Assembly: GCA_964551255.1 (NCBI GenBank)
Contig: CAZKAW010000001.1
Location: forward strand, 31,062-76,542
Reading direction: 5' to 3'
Source of the DNA: an uncultured Gammaproteobacteria bacterium
Lineage (GTDB): Bacteria; Patescibacteriota; Microgenomatia; Daviesbacterales; UBA10151
Length of the DNA stretch: 45,481 nt
Part shown: positions 27,028 to 34,061 of the stretch, one piece after another
Layout: every line of letters begins with the position of its first letter
Numbering within the stretch: position 1 is the first letter of the stretch
Translations under genes and position numbers: made by a program
The notes under the pieces: model-generated
Told to the model about the DNA's origin: nothing
Databases searched by the model: none
What the model saw: the letters and a program-made list of their open reading frames with translations, nothing else

Positions 27028-27064
27028 CCCATTCCAGACAGAATCAATTGTCCTTTACTAAACA
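27028..27064. repeat. Direct repeat copy C: internally deleted remnant of the asparaginase-like 5-prime end
   Basis: 27028-27054 equals 25451-25477 apart from 1 mismatch and would encode RTIDSVWNG. It is joined directly to the 11-mer tttactaaaca, which lies 68 nt further away in copy A. It forms the last codons and stop of the wHTH ORF. Confidence 0.8.
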
Positions 27065-27292
27065 CCAGTGATTACTCGTACCTTTATTTAGTACTTTAAT
27101 CAAACCTTCATCTCTCAATCTATACAGGATTTGAGTGAATCGAGGCCTATTTAAATTCAATCCGTACAGCAAATTAACTCTTCGCTGAACCTCTTGTGAT
27201 GATAAGCTATCAGAATAATTTTCAAAAATACTCATCACTATCGCTTTTAATTCCGTAAATTCTTTTTGATTTATTTGGTGCGAAAAACGCAA
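27044..27292 (-). CDS. Small winged-helix-like DNA-binding protein, hypothetical
   Basis: 82 aa. SSQEVQRRVNLLYGLNLNRPRFTQILYRLRDEGLIKVL looks like a wHTH recognition helix plus wing. The ORF-track start is TTG (27290-27292) and is uncertain. Confidence 0.4.
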   Translation of the reverse strand: MRFSHQINQKEFTELKAIVMSIFENYSDSLSSQEVQRRVNLLYGLNLNRPRFTQILYRLRDEGLIKVLNKGTSNHWCLVKDN

Positions 27293-27345
27293 TGAAGAAA
27301 AATAGCAAGAATCCCAAAGACTAAAATTTCTCCCATAGGCGTTGG

Positions 27346-27774
27346 TTAATTTTTCTGATAGGGATTTTTAATGGAATGGATTTGCAGAAACTGTTCCGCA
27401 GTTAGGATTTTGATATTTTTAAATTTTTTTAAATCCAATAAATCCTTATCCCCGGTAATAATATAATCACAGTTTCCCTCTACCGCTGCTTCTATCACCC
27501 TATTATCATCTGGATCTCTTGATACGTTAATTGTTCTACTGGGATAAACCAATTCAAAAGTATTCTTTATCTCTTCCTCTATTTCTAATATTTCAGCTTG
27601 TGAAACACCAAACTTCTTCCTCAAAATATCTAAAAATTCACTTATTAAAACTGCAGATGTAATACCGTGAATTTTTTCTGAAACAATTAGTTTAAAAACG
27701 TTTTCTGGTTTACCTCCAAATACATATGCTGAGATTAGAACATTGGAGTCCAGCACTATGCGGAGACTATTCAT
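27346..27774 (-). CDS. PIN-domain toxin (VapC-like, TIGR00305-type)
   Basis: 142 aa. RIVLDSNVLISAYVFGG, ..DDNRVIEAA.., YIITGDKDLL supply the conserved acidic residues of the PIN fold. Confidence 0.8.
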   Translation of the reverse strand: MNSLRIVLDSNVLISAYVFGGKPENVFKLIVSEKIHGITSAVLISEFLDILRKKFGVSQAEILEIEEEIKNTFELVYPSRTINVSRDPDDNRVIEAAVEGNCDYIITGDKDLLDLKKFKNIKILTAEQFLQIHSIKNPYQKN

Positions 27775-27787
27775 GGACTAACTGTGT

Positions 27788-28030
27788 TTATTTACCGTGT
27801 CTGTATTCACTAACAATTTTGTTCACATCTTCTTCGCTTTTGATACCTAATTTTTTACCATACTTTTTACCCATCTTTAAAATCTGATCCCACTTCTCCA
27901 TCCTGGCCAAGTAAACACGCAATGCTTCTCTAATAAATTCGCTTCTATTGCGGTATTCATTCTTAGCTACCTGATCTACCCTCTTAACTAAATCTTTTGG
28001 TAAGGCTATATTAAAAGTTTGTGTTTGCAT
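27788..28030 (-). CDS. Ribbon-helix-helix (CopG/MetJ-type) antitoxin
   Basis: 80 aa. [36 protein letters not shown] is a typical RHH N-terminus. GAGGA Shine-Dalgarno (28039-28043, minus strand) 8 nt before the ATG. Lies directly upstream of the PIN gene. Confidence 0.8.
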   Translation of the reverse strand: MQTQTFNIALPKDLVKRVDQVAKNEYRNRSEFIREALRVYLARMEKWDQILKMGKKYGKKLGIKSEEDVNKIVSEYRHGK

Positions 28031-28051
28031 ACTTCGATTCCTCAGTACAAG

Positions 28052-28064
28052 TACAATGATTGTA
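28052..28064. promoter_or_regulatory. Candidate RHH operator: perfect palindrome TACAA-tga-TTGTA within a cluster of GTACAA / TTGTAT repeats
   Basis: GTACAA at 28045-28050 and 28051-28056. TTGTATAT at 28060-28067 and 28071-28078. TTGTGT at 28080-28085. The palindrome overlaps the -10 of the minus-strand promoter. Confidence 0.45.
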
Positions 28065-28088
28065 TATAACTTGTATATGTTGTGTCAA
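28059..28088 (-). promoter_or_regulatory. Sigma-70-like promoter for the RHH-PIN operon
   Basis: On the minus strand: TTGACA (28083-28088), an 18-nt spacer, then TACAAT (28059-28064). The predicted start near 28052 gives a ~22-nt leader carrying the GAGGA Shine-Dalgarno. Confidence 0.5.
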
Positions 28089-28100
28089 GTAGGATATAAT
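28071..28100 (+). promoter_or_regulatory. Sigma-70-like promoter for prfB; -10 ends 6 nt before the ATG (candidate leaderless mRNA)
   Basis: TTGTAT (28071-28076), an 18-nt spacer, then TATAAT (28095-28100), with the ATG at 28107. It overlaps the divergent RHH promoter face to face. Confidence 0.4.
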
Positions 28101-28106
28101 TTCCGC

Positions 28107-29183
28107 ATGGAAGAAATACAAAATAAGTTATACAGCTTAAAAGACAGGTTTGAAAAAGTATCCCGGTCAATAGACCAGGATAAATTGCGCGGGGAAATCA
28201 GGGAGCTTGAAACTCAAACTATGAAAGAAGGTTTTTGGAATGATCCTAGTCAGTCTAGCGCTATCAGCAAACAGCTTTCAGAAAAACAAAAGACATTGGA
28301 AAGAATAGAGAATCTGGAATCAAGAATTAAGGATGCGCTGGAAATGACTGCAGAACCGGCAATGAAGGAAGACCTCAAAAAGGAAGTAAAAGAATTAGAA
28401 AAAATTTTAGACCAGCTGGAGCTTAAACTGTTTTTATCTAATCCTCATGATGAATCTGAAGCAATTTTATCTGTTCACTCGGGAGCCGGAGGAGTAGAGG
28501 CCATGGATTGGGCTCAAATGTTAGTCCGAATGTATCAAAGATATTTTGATCGCCAAGGGTGGAAATATGAAATAACCGATGAGAATCCAGGCGAGGAAGC
28601 AGGCATAAAAACAGTCTCTATGATTATTCACGAGCCGTATGCTTTTGGGTATTTAAAAGGTGAAAGAGGAACACACAGACTGGTAAGACAATCCCCTTTT
28701 AATGCAGATAATTTACGCCAAACCTCTTTTGCTTTAGTTGAGGTTTTACCTGTCATTAATCCGGCTGAAGTTGAATTAGGTGAGGCAGACATTGAATTTG
28801 AAGCCTTCAGGTCAGGAGGGGCAGGAGGACAAAATGTTAATAAAGTCTCTACAGCAGTCAGGCTGAAGCATCTACCCACCGGGATAACAGTTACCTGTCA
28901 AACGGAAAGGTCACAACTGCAAAACAGGGAAAATGCCCTAAAATTACTCAGGGCAAAAATCTGGGCTCTCAGACAAGCTCAGGGTGAAAAACTAAAACAG
29001 GAATTGAAGGAGGGAGTCACTCAGGCTTCCTGGGGAACACAAATCAGGTCTTATGTTTTGCACCCTTACCATATGGTCAAGGATTTAAGGACTAATGTAG
29101 AAACTTCTAATACCGATGCTGTTTTGAATGGAGATTTAGCAGAATTTATTGAGGCGGAGTTAAAAAGTTTATCTTCGGGGTAG
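28107..29183 (+). CDS. prfB: Peptide chain release factor 2
   Basis: [18 protein letters not shown].., the SPF tripeptide (RQSPFNA) and the GGQ motif ([12 protein letters not shown]). It is a single uninterrupted frame. The 17 extra N-terminal codons in the ORF track lie upstream of the predicted promoter. Confidence 0.9.
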   Translation: MEEIQNKLYSLKDRFEKVSRSIDQDKLRGEIRELETQTMKEGFWNDPSQSSAISKQLSEKQKTLERIENLESRIKDALEMTAEPAMKEDLKKEVKELEKILDQLELKLFLSNPHDESEAILSVHSGAGGVEAMDWAQMLVRMYQRYFDRQGWKYEITDENPGEEAGIKTVSMIIHEPYAFGYLKGERGTHRLVRQSPFNADNLRQTSFALVEVLPVINPAEVELGEADIEFEAFRSGGAGGQNVNKVSTAVRLKHLPTGITVTCQTERSQLQNRENALKLLRAKIWALRQAQGEKLKQELKEGVTQASWGTQIRSYVLHPYHMVKDLRTNVETSNTDAVLNGDLAEFIEAELKSLSSG

Positions 29184-29220
29184 ACAAATTACTCATTTTA
29201 TTGTTAATATTAGTAGGCCC

Positions 29221-29682
29221 ATGGATACTAAAGCCATCACGGAAGATAATCCAACTTTTTCTTCCAGTCAACTTGTCAAACGTTTTATCACTCCTGATAA
29301 CCCTAAGAAACTTCTTTTAACGGTAGTAATTGTTTCCGTAGTTTTAGGGACACTTACCGGTTATATTCTTGCCAACAAAAGCGGCGGGTTGGCAACCAGC
29401 GGACTTGGTATTCCTGCCAAAAATGCCCAGTCTGACACCCGTACCTTTAGAGATTTTGCGGAAGGAGTCATCAAAGTAAAACCCGAACCGTCCGACCCGG
29501 AATCATATAATGAGGGAACCCACCTGTTGCAGCGCCAGGGTGCGGTGCCGGTAGCTCTAACTTCATCTGTAGTCGATTTATCTCAATATGAAGGTAAAAA
29601 AGTTAAGGTTTTCGGTGAAACCCAAAAAGCTTTAAAAGAAGGCTGGCTGATGGATGTAGGTAAAGTTGAGGAAATTAGATAA
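29221..29682 (+). CDS. Hypothetical single-pass membrane-anchored protein
   Basis: 153 aa. One TM helix (LLLTVVIVSVVLGTLTGYILA) followed by a ~100-aa extracytoplasmic domain. No family recognised. Confidence 0.4.
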   Translation: MDTKAITEDNPTFSSSQLVKRFITPDNPKKLLLTVVIVSVVLGTLTGYILANKSGGLATSGLGIPAKNAQSDTRTFRDFAEGVIKVKPEPSDPESYNEGTHLLQRQGAVPVALTSSVVDLSQYEGKKVKVFGETQKALKEGWLMDVGKVEEIR

Positions 29683-29694
29683 AATAAATGGCTC

Positions 29695-30369
29695 ATGATT
29701 CTTTTCGACTCCGTCACTAAAAAATTTGGTTCTATCTTGGCCTTGGAAAATATTTCCCTGGAAGTCAAACAGGGAGAGTTTGTATTTATTGTCGGTCCTT
29801 CAGGTGCCGGCAAATCCACCTTACTCAGAATCTTAACCCGGGAGGTATTACCTACTTCCGGCAAAGTTTTGATCGGAGAAAAGGATATTATTAGATTGAA
29901 GGATAAGGATATTCCCGGTTTAAGAAGGAAGGTGGGGGTGGTTTTCCAGGATTTTAAGCTGCTGGATGACCGGACTGTTTTTGAACAGGTGGCTTTGGCT
30001 TTGGAAGTTTTAGGCAAAAAGGATGAAGAAATTACAAAAACCGTTGAGCATATTTTAAAGCTGGTGGAAATTTGGGATAAAAGAAATCTTTTTCCCAGGC
30101 AACTGTCCGGAGGCGAAGCTCAAAGGACCGCCATTGCCAGAGCTGCTGCTGGCAAACCCGACGTGCTTTTGGCAGATGAACCAACCGGAGATTTGGATCC
30201 TAAAACAGCCTGGGGAGTAGTACAACTTTTAAATGAAATTAACTCCTGGGGAACTACCATCCTCATGGCCACCCACAACCAGGAAATAGTTAATACCTTA
30301 AAAAGAAGAGTGGTGGTTTTAAAAAGCGGTAAGATAACAAAAGATACTAAGGAAGGCAAATATGAGTAG
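29695..30369 (+). CDS. ftsE: Cell division ABC transporter ATP-binding protein FtsE
   Basis: 224 aa. Walker A GPSGAGKST, signature LSGGEAQR, Walker B LLADEPTGDLD. Overlaps ftsX. Confidence 0.85.
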   Translation: MILFDSVTKKFGSILALENISLEVKQGEFVFIVGPSGAGKSTLLRILTREVLPTSGKVLIGEKDIIRLKDKDIPGLRRKVGVVFQDFKLLDDRTVFEQVALALEVLGKKDEEITKTVEHILKLVEIWDKRNLFPRQLSGGEAQRTAIARAAAGKPDVLLADEPTGDLDPKTAWGVVQLLNEINSWGTTILMATHNQEIVNTLKRRVVVLKSGKITKDTKEGKYE

Positions 30370-31234
30370 GAGCCTGGAATATGCCAAGAGAAATATCAGA
30401 AGAACTCCTATTCAGGCTTTTGCTGCTTCCATGATAATGTTTTTAACCTTCTTTGCCCTGCTTATTTTTTTGCTGGTGGCAGCTGGTTCTCAAAGGGCAT
30501 TAAATTATTTTGAAAGCAGACCCCAAGCTATTGCCTTTTTCAAAGACGGTACCACAGAAGAAGATGTAGCTGCTATTGAAAATGCCTTGAAGCAAGATTC
30601 AAGGGTCGTAGCTACCAAGTTCGTCTCCAAAAAAGATGCTTTAAAAAAATACCAAACGGACAATCAGGCCGAACCAATCTTAGTAGAACTGGTCAGTGAG
30701 AATATGTTACCTGCCTCTTTGGAAATTTCTACCCAATCCCCGGAAAGCTTGGCGACAATTGCAGACCTTTTATCCAAAGAGCCGGTGGTTGAACAGGTCT
30801 TTATTCCCAAAGACGTTATTAAAAACCTGGTGGCTTTTACTGCTTTGGTAAGAATTGTGGGAGTTGCGGTGGTAGGATTTTTAATGATTTTTGCCACACT
30901 GGTCATTATCATGATTATCGGGTTTAAAATCAGACTAAGAAGAAGTGAAATTGAAATCATGAGACTGGTAGGAGCATCCCCTTCTTTTATCAGAAATCCT
31001 TTTATTTTGGAAGGAATCTTTTATGGTGTAGCCGGGGCCATCCTGGCCTGGACTATCAGTTACGGTTTGCTTTGGTATTTCACTCCTTTTTTGCAAGGAT
31101 ATTTGGGTGAGTTAAGTTTACTGCCGGTAAACCCTGTATTTATGCTCAGTCTCTTGGCAATAGTTACATCAATTGCCATAGTTATCGGCTCGCTTGGCTC
31201 TATCGGGGCAGTCAGAAGATATTTAAAGATCTAA
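30362..31234 (+). CDS. ftsX: Cell division permease-like protein FtsX
   Basis: 290 aa. N-terminal TM, a ~110-aa extracytoplasmic domain, then three C-terminal TM helices (FtsX topology). 8-nt overlap with ftsE. Confidence 0.8.
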   Translation: MSRSLEYAKRNIRRTPIQAFAASMIMFLTFFALLIFLLVAAGSQRALNYFESRPQAIAFFKDGTTEEDVAAIENALKQDSRVVATKFVSKKDALKKYQTDNQAEPILVELVSENMLPASLEISTQSPESLATIADLLSKEPVVEQVFIPKDVIKNLVAFTALVRIVGVAVVGFLMIFATLVIIMIIGFKIRLRRSEIEIMRLVGASPSFIRNPFILEGIFYGVAGAILAWTISYGLLWYFTPFLQGYLGELSLLPVNPVFMLSLLAIVTSIAIVIGSLGSIGAVRRYLKI

Positions 31235-31243
31235 TGAACACTG

Positions 31244-32431
31244 ATGAAAAAGTTATTACTATTTCTGTTAGTCTTTACCTTTCTTAGCTTTTTACTTTTA
31301 TATCCTAACCCTTTCACCGTCCCTTCCGGCTTTGCCCAGTCTGTTGATGATTTAACCAAACAAGTTGCTGAAAAAGAAGCAGAAATTCAAAAACTGGAGA
31401 GTAGTTTAAATGAAGCAAAAAATCAGGAAAAAACTTTAAAATCACAACTTAATTTGATTGACGGTCAAGCCAAAGTAACTACCTTAAAAATAGAAGAAAC
31501 TAATTTAAAAATAGAAAAATTAAAAAGAGAGATTTCCGAACTTTCCATCCGGATTGACAGAATTTCTCTAACCTTAGATAACTTGTCCGAAATTTTGCTT
31601 AAAAGAATTGTCCAAACTTACAAATACGGCAACACTATTTCTACTTTAGATTTAATTTTTTCTTCTCACGGAGTGGCTGATCTTTTGGAAAGATTAAAAT
31701 ATATCCAGGTTGCCCAGGCTTATGACAAAAAAAAGCTGTATGAACTGCAGGCCACTAAACTGGCTTACAATGACCAAAAACAGGATAAGGAAGTCAGACA
31801 AACTGAGGCGGAAAAACTGCAAAAAGATTTGGAAACTTATAAAAACCAACTGGCGGAACAGAGGAAAGCTAAGGATGAGCTCCTTAAGGTTACTCAAAAT
31901 GATGAAGCAAAGTATCAAAGCTTAATAGCTCAACTGCGGGCAGATACAGATTCTATTAGAAGGGCCTTAGGCGGAGCTGGCGTCAAAATAGGCTCTGTTA
32001 AAAGAGGAGAAACTATTGCAGCAGTAGGCAATTCAGGGTGTTCAACCGGGCCTCATCTTCATTTTGAAGTAATGACCGGTGCAAAAGTGGAAAATAATAC
32101 CGTGGTAGGCAGAGAGAATAAGATCGACCCAAAACCATTGATCGATAAAGGATTTTTTGAAAAACCTATCTCCAGTTATCATGGAGGAGAGTGTGGCAGC
32201 TCATGTAGACCAGGAGATATCTCCACCAGGTTCGGGGAGGTTTATTTCTTAGGAACACATGCAGGGCTCGATATAGTTGAATACGCTGGAGCACCTATTA
32301 GAGCTACCGCAGATGGAGTGGCCTACCAATTTTCTGACTCCAGCGCTTGCTATTTAACAGGCACAGTAGGTAAAGGAGTAGTAATCGACCATCAAAATGG
32401 CTACGTTACTTTGTATTGGCATATTCCTTAA
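31244..32431 (+). CDS. Coiled-coil M23 (LytM-type) metallopeptidase, EnvC/PcsB-like FtsEX partner, with inverted M23 motif order
   Basis: 395 aa. Signal/anchor, then ~200 aa of heptad-rich coiled coil, then GNSGCSTGPHLHFEV (aa 262-276) upstream of THAGLDIV (H-x-x-x-D, aa 339-343) and GYVTLYWHIP at the C-terminus. Confidence 0.75.
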   Translation: MKKLLLFLLVFTFLSFLLLYPNPFTVPSGFAQSVDDLTKQVAEKEAEIQKLESSLNEAKNQEKTLKSQLNLIDGQAKVTTLKIEETNLKIEKLKREISELSIRIDRISLTLDNLSEILLKRIVQTYKYGNTISTLDLIFSSHGVADLLERLKYIQVAQAYDKKKLYELQATKLAYNDQKQDKEVRQTEAEKLQKDLETYKNQLAEQRKAKDELLKVTQNDEAKYQSLIAQLRADTDSIRRALGGAGVKIGSVKRGETIAAVGNSGCSTGPHLHFEVMTGAKVENNTVVGRENKIDPKPLIDKGFFEKPISSYHGGECGSSCRPGDISTRFGEVYFLGTHAGLDIVEYAGAPIRATADGVAYQFSDSSACYLTGTVGKGVVIDHQNGYVTLYWHIP

Positions 32432-32453
32432 TATTTGATTTACTATTAAGATA

Positions 32454-33638
32454 GTGAGAATAAAACTACTAATGCTCGCTACTTTTCTTACCCTTTTTTG
32501 GGTAAAGCCTGTTTTTGCTACTACTATATCAACCCCTAACGACACTCCATCTGAAATTCAGATCAATCAAACTTTCTCCTTTAATACGGCCTTAACAAAT
32601 GTCCAGTCAGGTGAAACTTACTTTGTAAAATGTAGATTGGGAGAATCATCCACAAGTTTAGCCGAAGGGCAAACATATAATTCAACTACTAATACATGGC
32701 TTTCTGATACTGGTTCTACTGGTGCGTGGGTTGATATGCCCACAGTTACTATATCAGATAGTTCAATAACTTTTTCAATACAATGCCGTGTAAAATCCGG
32801 TGTTGCTACCGGACAAAAAATACTTTATTCCAGTGCTTGTTTAAAAAAAACAGATGGTACTTGCGGGAGTGGGACCAGTTTTAAATCTGCATCTGGAATA
32901 AATTTTACGGCTACCGCTGAACCCACTCCTACTCCCACACCCTCATCCACTCCCTCTCCCACTCCATCTTCTTCTTCATCTTCGCAATTTACCATTAGCG
33001 ATACCCCCTCACAAATAGACTCCGGTCAATCTTTCACTGTTAATATAAATTTATCAATACCCGGAAGTGCCGGTACCGATTATTATCTAAAGGGGGCTTT
33101 TAAAAAATCCGACGGCACCAGATATTTGGGACTGACCAAAAAAGATGGGGGGTGGGTAGGGTATCATGATGATGATAATAACCAGAATAAAATAACTACT
33201 GATTCCTCCGGCAATTGGTCCGGAAGTCTGGAAGTAAAACCGGATATTTCCGATACGGATTATAAAGGCGCCGGTAGTTATACTTTTAAAGTAGTCAGAA
33301 TTACCTCGGGAGGCTCAACAGTTTCCAGCAGTGAAGTCACTATAATCATAACGGATTCTACCGCCACACCCCCTCTTTCTCCTACTCCAACTCCAAAGGC
33401 AAGTGCTACTCCTTTAACCTCCCCAACCATTAAACCTAACACAAAACCTGCTTTAAAATCCCCCACCCCCGCTCTCCTGCCAACTGTTAAAACCGCCTCC
33501 GTAGCAGGTGTGACAATAACCTCATCCCCTACCCCGTCACCTACTACTTCCTCAACAAATCCTTTTGTTTGGGGAGGGCTGTTGATTATGCTGGCCGGAT
33601 TTACCTCACTGGGGTATATTTATTGGAAAAACAAATGA
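32454..33638 (+). CDS. Cell-surface protein with two related beta-rich domains, Pro/Thr/Ser-rich linkers and a C-terminal TM anchor
   Basis: 394 aa. Signal peptide MRIKLLMLATFLTLFWVKPVFA. Domain starts ISTPNDTPSEIQINQTFSF and ISDTPSQIDSGQSFTV look like an internal duplication. Linkers at aa 156-177 (EPTPTPTPSSTPSPTPSSSSSS) and aa 303-368. C-terminal WGGLLIMLAGFTSLGYIYWKNK. Confidence 0.6.
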   Translation: MRIKLLMLATFLTLFWVKPVFATTISTPNDTPSEIQINQTFSFNTALTNVQSGETYFVKCRLGESSTSLAEGQTYNSTTNTWLSDTGSTGAWVDMPTVTISDSSITFSIQCRVKSGVATGQKILYSSACLKKTDGTCGSGTSFKSASGINFTATAEPTPTPTPSSTPSPTPSSSSSSQFTISDTPSQIDSGQSFTVNINLSIPGSAGTDYYLKGAFKKSDGTRYLGLTKKDGGWVGYHDDDNNQNKITTDSSGNWSGSLEVKPDISDTDYKGAGSYTFKVVRITSGGSTVSSSEVTIIITDSTATPPLSPTPTPKASATPLTSPTIKPNTKPALKSPTPALLPTVKTASVAGVTITSSPTPSPTTSSTNPFVWGGLLIMLAGFTSLGYIYWKNK

Positions 33639-34054
33639 AGCAATATCTCAGTCACTCGGATAATCAAACAAAAAAAATTGCCCAAAACTTAGCCCAAAAC
33701 ATTAAAAGCGGTGTTTTGGCCCTAACCGGGGATTTGGGTGCGGGTAAGACTACTTTTACCCAGGGGTTTGCCAAAGGCCTGGGGATTAAAGAAAAAATTA
33801 TCTCCCCCACCTTTGTTTTAATTAGGCAGCATCAGATACCCGCCACAGATAAAACCCTTTATCACATTGATCTGTACCGTCTGGAAAAGAAGGCAGATGT
33901 CAAACAATTAGGTTTGCGGGATTTATTAAATAGTTCAAACCATTTAATCTTAATTGAGTGGGCGGAGAAAATAAAAGACTTTTTGCCAAAAAATACAACT
34001 TGGATTAAGTTTGAAACTATGGCCGTAAACGAACGTCGGATTACTATAGATTAA
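33635..34054 (+). CDS. tsaE: tRNA t6A biosynthesis ATPase TsaE
   Basis: MKQY.. start at 33635 (ATGA overlap with the upstream stop). LTGDLGAGKTTFTQGFAKGLG P-loop, then SPTF..Y......HIDLYRL, typical of TsaE/YjeE. Confidence 0.85.
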   Translation: MKQYLSHSDNQTKKIAQNLAQNIKSGVLALTGDLGAGKTTFTQGFAKGLGIKEKIISPTFVLIRQHQIPATDKTLYHIDLYRLEKKADVKQLGLRDLLNSSNHLILIEWAEKIKDFLPKNTTWIKFETMAVNERRITID

Positions 34055-34061
34055 TTATTCT

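Noticed and set aside
28056-28106. Longer prfB start (ORF-track ATG at 28056); likewise the longer starts for rfbB (22579) and tsaE (33569)
   Set aside because: The N-terminal extensions have no counterpart in the respective families. They overlap upstream genes or promoter elements, and the internal ATGs give canonical N-termini.
28107-28250. Programmed +1 frameshift site in prfB
   Set aside because: There is no in-frame stop and no CUU-UGA-type site. The gene is a single uninterrupted ORF.
29583-30017. 144-aa minus-strand ORF overlapping ftsE; similar shadow ORFs at 30120-30359, 30664-30960, 38031-38336, 38337-38577 and 43799-44808
   Set aside because: All are antisense to genes with strong family signatures (ftsE, ftsX, nnrD, secA), and none has a recognisable motif or plausible start context.
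32919-33557. Repetitive ACTCC/CCCAC-rich DNA that might be taken for a tandem repeat or CRISPR-like array
   Set aside because: It is simply the coding sequence of the Pro/Thr/Ser linkers. There is no regular repeat-spacer periodicity.
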